Shown here: piece after piece, positions 38,973-47,428 of the stretch | Numbering within the stretch: the stretch's first letter is position 1 | Layout of the letters: each line of letters starts with the position of its first letter | Source: an uncultured Gammaproteobacteria bacterium | GTDB taxonomy: Bacteria > Patescibacteriota > Patescibacteriia > SBBC01 > CAIJZX01 | Reading direction: 5' to 3' | NCBI GenBank assembly: GCA_964397195.1 | Contig: CAYNGY010000003.1 | Location: 5,836-69,835 of the forward strand | Length of the DNA stretch: 64,000 bases | Notes under the pieces: generated by a model | Databases searched by the model: none | What the model saw: the letters and a program-made list of their open reading frames with translations, nothing else | Told to the model about the DNA's origin: nothing | Translations under genes and position numbers: made by a program

Positions 38973-40164
38973 GTTCTCCTGGAAGAACTTGTGGATTCAT
39001 CGTCTGCGGTCACTGTTGACGATCGGTGGTGTGGTGATTGGCGTCGCCGCGATTGTCTTCTTAGTCTCGCTGGCGTTTGGCCTCGAGCGAATGGTCACTA
39101 GTCAGGTAGCGAACTTCTCGGCCTTTACCATCATCGATGTTCCCTCGTCAAACCCGCCGTCTGGGAAAATTAATCGCGAATCGATTGATCGATTGCGCGA
39201 GGTTCAGCACATCAAGGTTTTGGAACGGGTGATTGATATCGCTGGCCGGGCAAAGCTCGCGAATCAGAGTTCGACGACGGAAACGGTAGTGGTCGGTGTG
39301 ACGTCGAATTACTTCGGGTTGGCCGAACTTCATCTCCAAGACGGCAAGATTTTTGAAGAAAAGGCGACGAAAGAAGTTGTGGTGAATGTCTCATTAGCTA
39401 GTCTGCTTGGGTTTTCGGATGCCCCGGCTTCGATCATTGGGAAAGACATTGCCGTTGATATGATTATCCCGAAGAGTCTCCGGGAAACAGATTCAGTTGA
39501 TGGAGCGCTCGTTAAAGAGTCCATTCCGTTTACGGTGGTCGGTCTGTTGCCGGATAACCAAAACCCGGCTATGTATGTTCCGCAAAGTGTCGTTGACGCA
39601 CAGGGCGTCGTCAATTCAACCTCGATGAAGATTCAGGTTGACGACAAGAACTTTGTGGCCGAAGTCCGGAAACAAATTGAGAATGCCGGATTTGCGACAG
39701 AGTATATCGGCGACACCGTTGACCAAATTACATCAGTTTTCACCATTTTCCGGTTGGTACTTGGCGGGTTCGGTTCCATTGCCCTGATCGTTGCGGCGCT
39801 CGGGACGTTTAACACGCTGACCATTTCGCTGATGGAACGTATTCGTGAGATTGCCTTACTCAAAATGATGGGTATGCAACGTCGGGATGTTTTTCGCCTG
39901 TTCATTGCCGAATCCTTGACGATTGGGGTGGCCGGCGGCGTTCTTGGTGGCGGGATCGGCTATGCCATTGGTTGGGGCGCGAACCAAGTTGTGTCGTATT
40001 TAGCCGTCCGGGCTAATTCCGATGCCGTCTCTATTTTCTATACCCCGTTCATGTTTTTGGTCGTCGTAGCGCTTGGTTCTATCGTGGTCGGCTTTGTGAC
40101 GGGGCTCTATCCGTCTTGGCAAGCGATTAAAACAAATCCGCTCGATGCATTACGCTATGAATAA
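38950..40164 (+). CDS. ABC transporter permease, FtsX/MacB-like with large periplasmic domain
   Basis: N-terminal transmembrane helix (RLRSLLTIGGVVIGVAAIVFLV). An extracytoplasmic domain of about 230 aa. Three C-terminal transmembrane helices typical of the FtsX fold. Confidence 0.8.
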   Translation: MRLTSIIRFSWKNLWIHRLRSLLTIGGVVIGVAAIVFLVSLAFGLERMVTSQVANFSAFTIIDVPSSNPPSGKINRESIDRLREVQHIKVLERVIDIAGRAKLANQSSTTETVVVGVTSNYFGLAELHLQDGKIFEEKATKEVVVNVSLASLLGFSDAPASIIGKDIAVDMIIPKSLRETDSVDGALVKESIPFTVVGLLPDNQNPAMYVPQSVVDAQGVVNSTSMKIQVDDKNFVAEVRKQIENAGFATEYIGDTVDQITSVFTIFRLVLGGFGSIALIVAALGTFNTLTISLMERIREIALLKMMGMQRRDVFRLFIAESLTIGVAGGVLGGGIGYAIGWGANQVVSYLAVRANSDAVSIFYTPFMFLVVVALGSIVVGFVTGLYPSWQAIKTNPLDALRYE

Positions 40165-40191
40165 TTTATTGACTCGTAACGGTCAACACGT

Positions 40192-41367
40192 ATGAACTTT
40201 TCTTCACGACTCATTGTCGTCATCCTGTTAGTAACGATGATCCCGATCGGAGCATTTGGTATTCTCGGTGGTCAATCAACGCGTTCGGCACTGCGGAAAT
40301 TCGTTTTTGATCGGGTGGTCGCGGTGAACGCAGTCAAGTTGAATTTGTTGGAGAATTACGTTAGCGACGTTAAGACGGCTATGTCAGGCTACCAATCGAG
40401 TGCAACTATCCTCCAGCAGGCGGCTGTCTTGGTTGATAACCAGACGAAATTGCGCAGTTCCGTTGCGCTGGCCGCAACGAATGCCCTGCAGGCGGCATTT
40501 CGAGAAAACCGTATCAAATACGATTTTGACGATGTGAAGATTCTGAATAATGACCACAAAATACTCTACGTGAGTAACGAAAAGTATCAGGCGGAGGTCG
40601 GGACGGTTGCAACTGGCGTTTTGAGGGATGTCACACAGGCTTCCGAAGCAAGCGCCAGTTTCTCGAAAGCCATGGCGGATGTCGGCGGCGGCGCCTTTTC
40701 GGAAATGTACTATGCCTCGCCGATGCATGATGCGGACGGTCAGTATCTCGGTCAGATTGTCTTTGAGCTTGATTTAGAAGATTTGTTCGATCGGGTGGCC
40801 GATATTACGGGGATGAGTGAGACGGGTGAGTCGTATCTTGGGTTTCACGACGGATACTCGGCGGTCGTCCTGTCGCCGTTAAAGTACGACCAGAATGCGT
40901 CGCTAAAAAAACGGGTTACGTTCGGTGATGAGCAGGAGAAGGCGCTACAGCTTGCAGTCCAAGGCCAACGTGGTAAAGCGCAGTTGACCGACTATCGCGG
41001 GGTGGAAGTGTTGGCAGCGTGGGAGCCGTTTAACGAGCTTGGCTGGGGCTTGGTGACCAAGATTGACTATACGGAGGCGTTGAGTCCACTGCAGCGAGTC
41101 CGGACGATATTACTGTATGCGATACCGATTGCCTTGGTGTTGATGGTGATTTGTATTGTTTGGATCGTCCAAATATTTTTGGGCCGACCGTTGAACCACT
41201 TAACCAAAGTGGCTGAACAAATCTCTAATGGCCATCCGGACATTCAGGTTGAGCAAAAAATGCTCTACAGTCAGGATGAATTTGGTCATTTAGCGACGTA
41301 CCTCCATCACATCGCTCACCGGATGCGGTACGAACAGCAAGGACGCAAGGACCGTCCCGCCGAGTAG
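40192..41367 (+). CDS. Cache-domain / HAMP-domain membrane sensor lacking an output domain
   Basis: Transmembrane helix 1. A periplasmic Cache-like fold of about 270 aa (…GESYLGFHDGYSAVVLSPL…VEVLAAWEPFNELGWGLVTKIDYTEAL). Transmembrane helix 2. HAMP (LGRPLNHLTKVAEQISNGHPDIQV…DEFGHLATYLHHIAHRM). The protein ends about 25 aa after the HAMP domain. Confidence 0.6.
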   Translation: MNFSSRLIVVILLVTMIPIGAFGILGGQSTRSALRKFVFDRVVAVNAVKLNLLENYVSDVKTAMSGYQSSATILQQAAVLVDNQTKLRSSVALAATNALQAAFRENRIKYDFDDVKILNNDHKILYVSNEKYQAEVGTVATGVLRDVTQASEASASFSKAMADVGGGAFSEMYYASPMHDADGQYLGQIVFELDLEDLFDRVADITGMSETGESYLGFHDGYSAVVLSPLKYDQNASLKKRVTFGDEQEKALQLAVQGQRGKAQLTDYRGVEVLAAWEPFNELGWGLVTKIDYTEALSPLQRVRTILLYAIPIALVLMVICIVWIVQIFLGRPLNHLTKVAEQISNGHPDIQVEQKMLYSQDEFGHLATYLHHIAHRMRYEQQGRKDRPAE

Positions 41368-41460
41368 GGGAAGGTCTTGACGGTCCTCCAGAAACATGGT
41401 TCTCTGGGAACGGTTTTGCGATAGCACATTCGGTCGTGGCTCCTGACGACGGAGGGTCTC

Positions 41461-41922
41461 GTGTTTCGACGTCTAGCTGTGTTCTCGGTCGCGTGCGTTG
41501 CGCTCACCGTGTTGTGCGGTTCGACGCGTCTGCGCCCGATTCGGAATGATGAGCGCGCGAAGTCGATGGAATGTCCGGTTCCGTGCGTCAACTTTCGCAT
41601 GCCGGGCACACCAGACGGGTTAGTCCGAATCTGGTTCGGCCCCAATCCGACCTATGGCGACACGCTCTATCACCACTACACGGTCGAGGTGACCGGACTC
41701 GAGATGTCGGCCCCGCAATCGGCTCGGCTGCAGCGCTATCTCGCACGTGACGGATTCCCGACCGAACGTGATATGCCGGTGGTTCCGTACCTCGAGGGCG
41801 AGCGGTTCCGTGAGCGGCGGGGTGCTCACAAGGAGTACGCGGTCAGTCGTCGGAACGTCCGTGGTATCTGGTATGGGTACTTGGCTGGGCGCTGGGTAGC
41901 CGACTCGTTGATCGTACCGTAG
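41461..41922 (+). CDS. hypothetical secreted protein (GC-rich cassette)
   Basis: GTG start preceded by GGAGGG. N-terminal signal-like hydrophobic segment. No family recognised. About 63 % GC. Confidence 0.4.
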   Translation: MFRRLAVFSVACVALTVLCGSTRLRPIRNDERAKSMECPVPCVNFRMPGTPDGLVRIWFGPNPTYGDTLYHHYTVEVTGLEMSAPQSARLQRYLARDGFPTERDMPVVPYLEGERFRERRGAHKEYAVSRRNVRGIWYGYLAGRWVADSLIVP

Positions 41923-41931
41923 GAGGTGGAC

Positions 41932-42027
41932 ATGAACCCGTTGCTCGTTCTGGGCGTGATGGCACTCCTCGCGCTGGTCTGGGGCGTGGCACTCTTCGTC
42001 CAGATTACCCGTCGGATCGGTGGGTAA
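41932..42027 (+). CDS. 31-aa hydrophobic peptide (MNPLLVLGVMALLALVWGVALFVQITRRIGG)
   Basis: Perfect SD AGGAGG 5 nt upstream of ATG. A single predicted transmembrane helix with a basic C-terminus. A strong terminator follows immediately. Not in the ORF track (<60 aa). Confidence 0.4.
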   Translation: MNPLLVLGVMALLALVWGVALFVQITRRIGG

Positions 42028-42044
42028 TCGATGTACATGAACAT

Positions 42045-42084
42045 GGCTAGCGACCCCGGTGGGTCGCTAGCCACTCTTTATATA
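42045..42084 (+). terminator. Rho-independent terminator (12-bp perfect stem)
   Basis: GGCTAGCGACCC-CGGT-GGGTCGCTAGCC followed by ACTCTTTATATA. Confidence 0.7.
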
Positions 42085-42133
42085 CCTTGATGTGCCTTCG
42101 ATTTTTCTTCGGCTATGGTATACTGCTCCGCGT

Positions 42134-44269
42134 ATGGCTACCCCGTATGTCTTAAAATCGTCGTTTGATCCGGGAGCGCTTCGGGTAGACTACGATCATG
42201 AGTTAAATGCCGAGCAACTGGCCGTGGTCAAGGGTGGCGACGGTCCCTGTCTGGTGCTGGCTGGAGCCGGTTCTGGAAAGACCCGGACCATTGTCTATCG
42301 AGTGGCGTATTTGATCGAGCACGGGGTCTCGCCAGACCACATCTTGCTTGTGACCTTCACGAATAAAGCGGCCAAGGAAATGCTGGGTCGGGTTGAGTCG
42401 CTCCTCGGCTCGTTCCCCGCGAAGCTTTGGGGCGGGACGTTCCATCATATCGCGAATGTCTTGATGCGGAAGTATGCCCGGCTCGTCGGATTTGAACCGA
42501 ACTTCACTATTCTCGACGAGGATGACAGCCGTGACCTCGTCGGCGCCTGTCTCAAATCATTGCGCATCGATACCAAGCAAATGCGCTTCCCGTCGGTCGG
42601 CGTTATTCGCGGATTGATCTCGCTTTCCCAAAATACCGGGATTGATCTGGCGACGGTCATAGCCGAGACGAAGCCGGAATTTTCGCGCGTCCAGGATCAG
42701 CTCGTGACGGTGGCGCGAGCCTATGATGATCGGAAGCGACGAGCGAATGCCATGGATTTTGATGACTTACTCGTCCGCCTTCGTGATCTCCTTCGTGACC
42801 ATCCGGAGGTTTGCGAGCGACTCGGTCAGCAGTTCAAATATATTCTTGTCGATGAGTACCAGGATACGAATCATCTCCAGGCCGATATCGTGCAGCGTTT
42901 AGCACAAGCGCATAAGAATATCATCGTGGTCGGCGATGACGCGCAGTCGATCTACGCGTTTCGCGGCGCTGACATTCAGAATATTCTGAATTTCCCGAAG
43001 CTTTTTTCGAAAACAAAACTCTTCAAACTGCAGGTCAATTATCGTTCGACGCAACCGATTCTCGATGTGGCGAATGAGGTCATCAAGCACAACGTCGAGC
43101 AGTTTCCGAAGCGTCTCGAACATGTTCGAGCGGGGAGTACACGGCCGATCATGATTCCGGCCGCTTCCGACGAACAAGAGGCGGAGTTTGTTGCCCAACG
43201 TATCCTCGAACTTCGCGATGATGGTGTGCCACTCCGCGACATGGCTGTCCTATTTCGTGCCGCCTTCCATTCCCAAGCGCTCGAATTCGAGCTGACGCGA
43301 CGCGACATTCCGTATGAGTACCGCGGCGGGTTGCGTTTTTTTGACCGGGCGCATATTAAAGATGCGCTCGCGTTTCTCAAAGTGGTTGGTAATCCGCGCG
43401 ACGAAGTTTCGTTCCTTCGTATTCTTCGTCAGCAGGTAGGGATCGGCGATCAAACGGCAGATCAACTGTTCACGATGGTCCAAGACGGACTTGGTGTTGG
43501 TGACGAGCGACATCCGCTCGAAGCGGTTTTTGAAACGGTAACACCGCCGACCCGCGCTGAGCGCGGCTGGAAGACGCTCCGCGGCATGCTCGAAACGCTC
43601 GTGTCTCAGCGTGATCATGGCCCGGAGGCGCTGATCAAAACTATTCTTGAAAGCGACTATCGCGATTACGTTAAGAATCAGTATCAAGATGCGAACGATC
43701 GGCTGGCTGATTTGGACCAGCTGGCCTTGTTTGCCGGGAAGTATGATTCACTCTCAACGTTCCTTTCGGAAGTAACACTTCAGGAAAGTTTTGGCGTGGC
43801 CGACGCGCAGACGCCAAGCGAAACCCGTGAGCAAATCGTTTTGTCGACCGTTCACCAAGCCAAGGGATTGGAGTGGCGGGCGGTGTTTATCATCCATCTG
43901 TCCGATGCATCATTCCCGCACCCGCGGGCGCTGACGGAAGAGGGTGGACTCGAAGAGGAGCGTCGTTTGTTCTACGTCGCCGTAACTCGAGCCCAAGAGT
44001 TCCTGTACTTGTCATACGGCATGGCCAGTGGCTATCGCACAACAGCGATGCAGTTAAACTCGCCGTCGCCGTTCCTCAAGGAGATTCCGACTCAGCTTCT
44101 AGAGACGTATGAACTGAGTGAAGAAATTGCGAGTGCGGAAGAGACCTTCGAGGACCCAGACCGAATCATTGATCTTGATGACGATGGAAAGCCAAAAAGT
44201 CTCCTGGACCGCGTGATTCATTCGCACGTGCAAAAGCGAGAACGACGCAGTGCGTGGAAAAAGAAATAG
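42134..44269 (+). CDS. uvrD: ATP-dependent DNA helicase, UvrD/PcrA family
   Basis: Motif I AGAGSGKTRTIVYRVAYL, Ia TFTNKAAKEM, II VDEYQDTN, and downstream helicase motifs. Start at the in-frame Met MATPYV. Confidence 0.85.
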   Translation: MATPYVLKSSFDPGALRVDYDHELNAEQLAVVKGGDGPCLVLAGAGSGKTRTIVYRVAYLIEHGVSPDHILLVTFTNKAAKEMLGRVESLLGSFPAKLWGGTFHHIANVLMRKYARLVGFEPNFTILDEDDSRDLVGACLKSLRIDTKQMRFPSVGVIRGLISLSQNTGIDLATVIAETKPEFSRVQDQLVTVARAYDDRKRRANAMDFDDLLVRLRDLLRDHPEVCERLGQQFKYILVDEYQDTNHLQADIVQRLAQAHKNIIVVGDDAQSIYAFRGADIQNILNFPKLFSKTKLFKLQVNYRSTQPILDVANEVIKHNVEQFPKRLEHVRAGSTRPIMIPAASDEQEAEFVAQRILELRDDGVPLRDMAVLFRAAFHSQALEFELTRRDIPYEYRGGLRFFDRAHIKDALAFLKVVGNPRDEVSFLRILRQQVGIGDQTADQLFTMVQDGLGVGDERHPLEAVFETVTPPTRAERGWKTLRGMLETLVSQRDHGPEALIKTILESDYRDYVKNQYQDANDRLADLDQLALFAGKYDSLSTFLSEVTLQESFGVADAQTPSETREQIVLSTVHQAKGLEWRAVFIIHLSDASFPHPRALTEEGGLEEERRLFYVAVTRAQEFLYLSYGMASGYRTTAMQLNSPSPFLKEIPTQLLETYELSEEIASAEETFEDPDRIIDLDDDGKPKSLLDRVIHSHVQKRERRSAWKKK

Positions 44270-44273
44270 GTAT

Positions 44274-44825
44274 ATGAAACGCGTCGATCGTACCACCTCC
44301 TCGCCCCTCCTTCGTACAGGAGGGGACGGTGCGAAGTATCGCGGCCAAGCCGCGATACAAAAAACTGACGGTCGACAGCTGAGTAATTATATCCTCGTCC
44401 ACAACATCCGCTCTGCCTACAACGTCGGTTCGTTTTTCCGTACGGCTGATGGTGTCGGACATTGTCGACTGATGATATCCGGTTACTCGGCTCGCCCGCC
44501 ACACAAAGGGGTCGTGAAAACTGCACTGGGAGCTGAGCTCGTGGTGCCGTGGGAATCCATTCGTCAGGCGGGTCCGTGGCTCCGGCGGATGAAAAAGGCA
44601 GGGTATGAGATTCTGGCGCTTGAACAGTCGCCAACGAGCGTTGACCTTTTTTCCTATCGACCGCGAAAGCCGTGGATCCTGATTCTCGGGAACGAGCTCC
44701 GTGGGGTGACCCCGGCCATGCTTCGGTTGGCCGAGGTGACGCTTGAGATCCCAATGCGCGGCCAAAAGGAGTCGTTGAATGTCGCCAGTGCGATGGCAAT
44801 TGCCGCGTACCACCTCAGTCGATAA
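44274..44825 (+). CDS. SpoU/TrmH-family RNA 2'-O-methyltransferase
   Basis: SPOUT motifs ILILGNELRGV and EIPMRGQKESLNVASAMAIAAY. Confidence 0.75.
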   Translation: MKRVDRTTSSPLLRTGGDGAKYRGQAAIQKTDGRQLSNYILVHNIRSAYNVGSFFRTADGVGHCRLMISGYSARPPHKGVVKTALGAELVVPWESIRQAGPWLRRMKKAGYEILALEQSPTSVDLFSYRPRKPWILILGNELRGVTPAMLRLAEVTLEIPMRGQKESLNVASAMAIAAYHLSR

Positions 44826-44903
44826 TGTAATCACTGGACACCTGATTGGGTAGGTGGTTGACACGTTGCGGACGATTGCTATGCTGGGTCGGATCACCGA
44901 TCG

Positions 44904-45506
44904 GTGTGGTTGAAATATTCCCTGGAGGCTCGCATGCAATTCCTGACGGTGGCATGGTGGGCCCGGAAAGGGTTTCACCTCTTGTTGGCCGGTCTGGTCG
45001 CGGCCCTGTTCTTGGCAGCGAGCGCGACATCGCGTCCGTGGCCGATCATCGTCCTTTTCTGTTTCGGACTGATCTTGGTGGCGGTTGACCTCGGTCGACC
45101 GTGGATCCGCTGGCGGCTCATGCGCCAGGTGTTTGCGCGAGAGCGGCACCATCGTGTCGGGTGCCTGACCTATGGCGTGGCCGGCGGAGTGGTGTCTTGG
45201 CTCATTGCCGGACCTGCTGTGGCGGCGCTGGCGATGATCTTGCTCGCCATTGTTGACGGCGCTGCGGCCATTTTCGGTCGGAGTGTTGGTGTCACTCCGT
45301 TACCGGGGCGCCCCGACAAAACATGGGAAGGGAGTGTCGGTGGTTTCGTTGCTGGGTTACTCGTGATGTATGTCTGGCCCGGTGCGCAGCCGTCCACTGT
45401 CCTCGTCGTGCTGGCGGTTAGTGTCGCCGAGGCCCTCTCGGACGGCTTGCATGACAACTTCACTGCGCCGATGGCGGCCGCGATGGTGGCCACCTTGCTC
45501 CGTTAA
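44904..45506 (+). CDS. CTP_transf_1-family membrane protein (CdsA/dolichol-kinase-like)
   Basis: Multi-pass membrane protein with the cytidylyltransferase signature RPDKTWEGSVGGFVAGLL. At about 200 aa it is shorter than canonical CdsA. Confidence 0.55.
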   Translation: MWLKYSLEARMQFLTVAWWARKGFHLLLAGLVAALFLAASATSRPWPIIVLFCFGLILVAVDLGRPWIRWRLMRQVFARERHHRVGCLTYGVAGGVVSWLIAGPAVAALAMILLAIVDGAAAIFGRSVGVTPLPGRPDKTWEGSVGGFVAGLLVMYVWPGAQPSTVLVVLAVSVAEALSDGLHDNFTAPMAAAMVATLLR

Positions 45507-45662
45507 GTGCGACGGACCAGCCCATGTCGTCCACCTATCCCGATGAGGCCCCCTGGGGCCTCTTTTGACTTTCACTCCTGAAAATGGCCCAGTTATCCAC
45601 TGTGTTCCTCGGGGAACATTGTGTTGACGCTTGGCCAAGAATGGAGTAAAATGGTGTTACAG

Positions 45663-45690
45663 GGTGAAAAGTGGATAAAAGTGGGGATAA
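45663..45690 (+). promoter_or_regulatory. candidate MraZ operator: three GTG[GA] direct repeats at 10-bp phasing upstream of mraZ
   Basis: GGTGAaaaGTGGAtaaaaGTGGGGataa, 35-60 nt upstream of the predicted GTG start. E. coli MraZ binds phased TGGGN direct repeats upstream of its own gene. Confidence 0.4.
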
Positions 45691-45724
45691 CCCACGTCCC
45701 GTACCCATCAGTAACATTCCCAAC

Positions 45725-46156
45725 GTGTTCATCGGCGAATACCACCATGCAATCGACGACAAAGGGCGGATGCAAATTCCGGTCAAGTTTCGCGTTGATC
45801 TGTCGAAGGGAGCAGTAGTCACTCGGGGCCTTGATAATTGTCTTTTCATCTACACCAAAAAAGAATGGACTATCTTGGCTGAAAAGTTAGCGCGGTTACC
45901 AATTGCCCAGGCCAACAGTCGGGCCTTTAGTCGGTTGATGCTGGCGGGAGCGATGGAACTCGAACTCGATAAACAGGGCCGTGCCGTGCTCCCGGAATAT
46001 CTTCGCCAGTTCGCGGGTATAAAAAAGATGGCGGTTATTGCCGGGCTCTACAATCGACTTGAACTTTGGGACAAGGACTCTTGGGAGAAGTACCGGAGTG
46101 GGACTGAACGGCAAAGCGGGGATATCGCCGAAGCCCTCGCCGCGCTCGGCGTCTAG
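45725..46156 (+). CDS. mraZ: transcriptional regulator MraZ
   Basis: VFIGEYHHAIDDKGRMQIPVKFR aligns to the MFMGEY…DAKGR N-terminus. Second half-domain ELDKQGRAVLPEYL. The start is assigned to the in-frame GTG at 45725; the track ORF starts at 45671. Confidence 0.8.
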   Translation: MFIGEYHHAIDDKGRMQIPVKFRVDLSKGAVVTRGLDNCLFIYTKKEWTILAEKLARLPIAQANSRAFSRLMLAGAMELELDKQGRAVLPEYLRQFAGIKKMAVIAGLYNRLELWDKDSWEKYRSGTERQSGDIAEALAALGV

Positions 46157-46166
46157 CTTCCTTCGC

Positions 46167-47042
46167 ATGCCGGGCCACACGCCGGTTCTTCTCTCAGAGG
46201 TTCTCAGCTCTTTCCAACTTACCCCTGGACAGGTCGTGATCGACGCGACGGTCGGTGGTGGGGGACATGCGCGTGCCATGCTTGCGCGGATTGTTCCCGG
46301 CGGTCGTCTCCTTGGCCTTGAAGCGGATCCGCGAACCTACGCCGCGACCGCATCTGAACTTCGTGATGACCCGGTGACCATGGTGCACGGAAATTTCCGT
46401 CATCTGGGCGCACTGGCTCGTGATCACGGCTATACCGACGTTGACGCCGTTCTCTTCGACCTCGGTGTGTCCTCGATGACCGTTGATGATCCGGCGCGTG
46501 GGTTTTCTTTCATGCATCCCGGCCCGCTCGATATGCGTTTCGATCCGGACTCACAGTCGTTCACTGCGGCTGACCTCGTCAATGCCGCGACGATCGGTGA
46601 TCTGACGACTATTTTCCGTTCATACGGCGAAGAGCCGGCCGCGTCCCGCGTCGCCGCCGCGATCGTTGAGCGACGACGACACGATCGGTTTTCCGACACA
46701 GCCGATCTTGCCGACGTTGTAGCCTCGGTCGTACGGCGGCGTGGGCCGCGACACCCAGCGACCAAAGTCTTTCAGGCGATTCGCATGGCGGTCAACGATG
46801 AGCTCGGTGCCATCCAAGCAGCGTTGCCGGAGGCGTTAGCGCTCCTGCGATCGGGTGGACGACTGGCGGTGATTACTTTTCACTCCGTTGAAGATCGGGC
46901 GGTGAAACGAATCATGAAACTGATGGCCGAACAGGGGCAGGGGAGCCTCGTGAACAAAAAGGCTCTGCAACCGACTCGGGCTGAACAACTCGCAAATCGA
47001 CGCGCTCGCAGCGCAAAACTCCGCATTATTCAAAAAAAATAA
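46167..47042 (+). CDS. rsmH: 16S rRNA (cytosine1402-N4)-methyltransferase
   Basis: MPGHTPVLLSEV…VIDATVGGGGHA SAM-binding motif of RsmH/MraW. Confidence 0.9.
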   Translation: MPGHTPVLLSEVLSSFQLTPGQVVIDATVGGGGHARAMLARIVPGGRLLGLEADPRTYAATASELRDDPVTMVHGNFRHLGALARDHGYTDVDAVLFDLGVSSMTVDDPARGFSFMHPGPLDMRFDPDSQSFTAADLVNAATIGDLTTIFRSYGEEPAASRVAAAIVERRRHDRFSDTADLADVVASVVRRRGPRHPATKVFQAIRMAVNDELGAIQAALPEALALLRSGGRLAVITFHSVEDRAVKRIMKLMAEQGQGSLVNKKALQPTRAEQLANRRARSAKLRIIQKK

Positions 47043-47065
47043 ATCAAACAAAAAACGATCTCCCT

Positions 47066-47416
47066 ATGACGACTCGACGTACAGCCAACCCACTCCAAAC
47101 CACCGGACACTGGTGGCACACGCTAAAGATTTCCTCGCAGAAGTTTGCGGTCATGTTAACGATTTCCGCGTTCGTGACCGGTTTCGGCTACGTGGTGGTG
47201 ACGAACCGCACGGCGGCACACGGTTTTGAGCTTGGCGCGCTTGAGCAGCATGTAGCCGAGCTAAAAGCTTCGAACGAAAAACTCCAACTCCAAGCGGCCG
47301 ATCTTCGGGCGCTGTCGGTGGCCGATGCGGCCGGGAAGGCGCTTGACCTTCAGCCGGCGGATTCATTTGATGTCTTACCGACAACCACGGGTTCGGTCGC
47401 GATTCGCAACCCATAA
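47066..47416 (+). CDS. ftsL: FtsL-like cell-division protein
   Basis: 116 aa: single transmembrane helix plus a coiled-coil (LEQHVAELKASNEKLQLQAADL), at the conserved dcw position between rsmH and ftsI. Confidence 0.55.
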   Translation: MTTRRTANPLQTTGHWWHTLKISSQKFAVMLTISAFVTGFGYVVVTNRTAAHGFELGALEQHVAELKASNEKLQLQAADLRALSVADAAGKALDLQPADSFDVLPTTTGSVAIRNP

Positions 47417-47428
47417 TCATTTCTCGAC

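Noticed and set aside
44166-45152. Long minus-strand ORFs (328 aa and 193 aa) overlapping the SpoU methylase and CdsA-like genes
   Set aside because: Low-complexity Arg/Pro/Gly-rich translations typical of antisense frames in GC-rich coding DNA. The plus-strand genes have clear family motifs.
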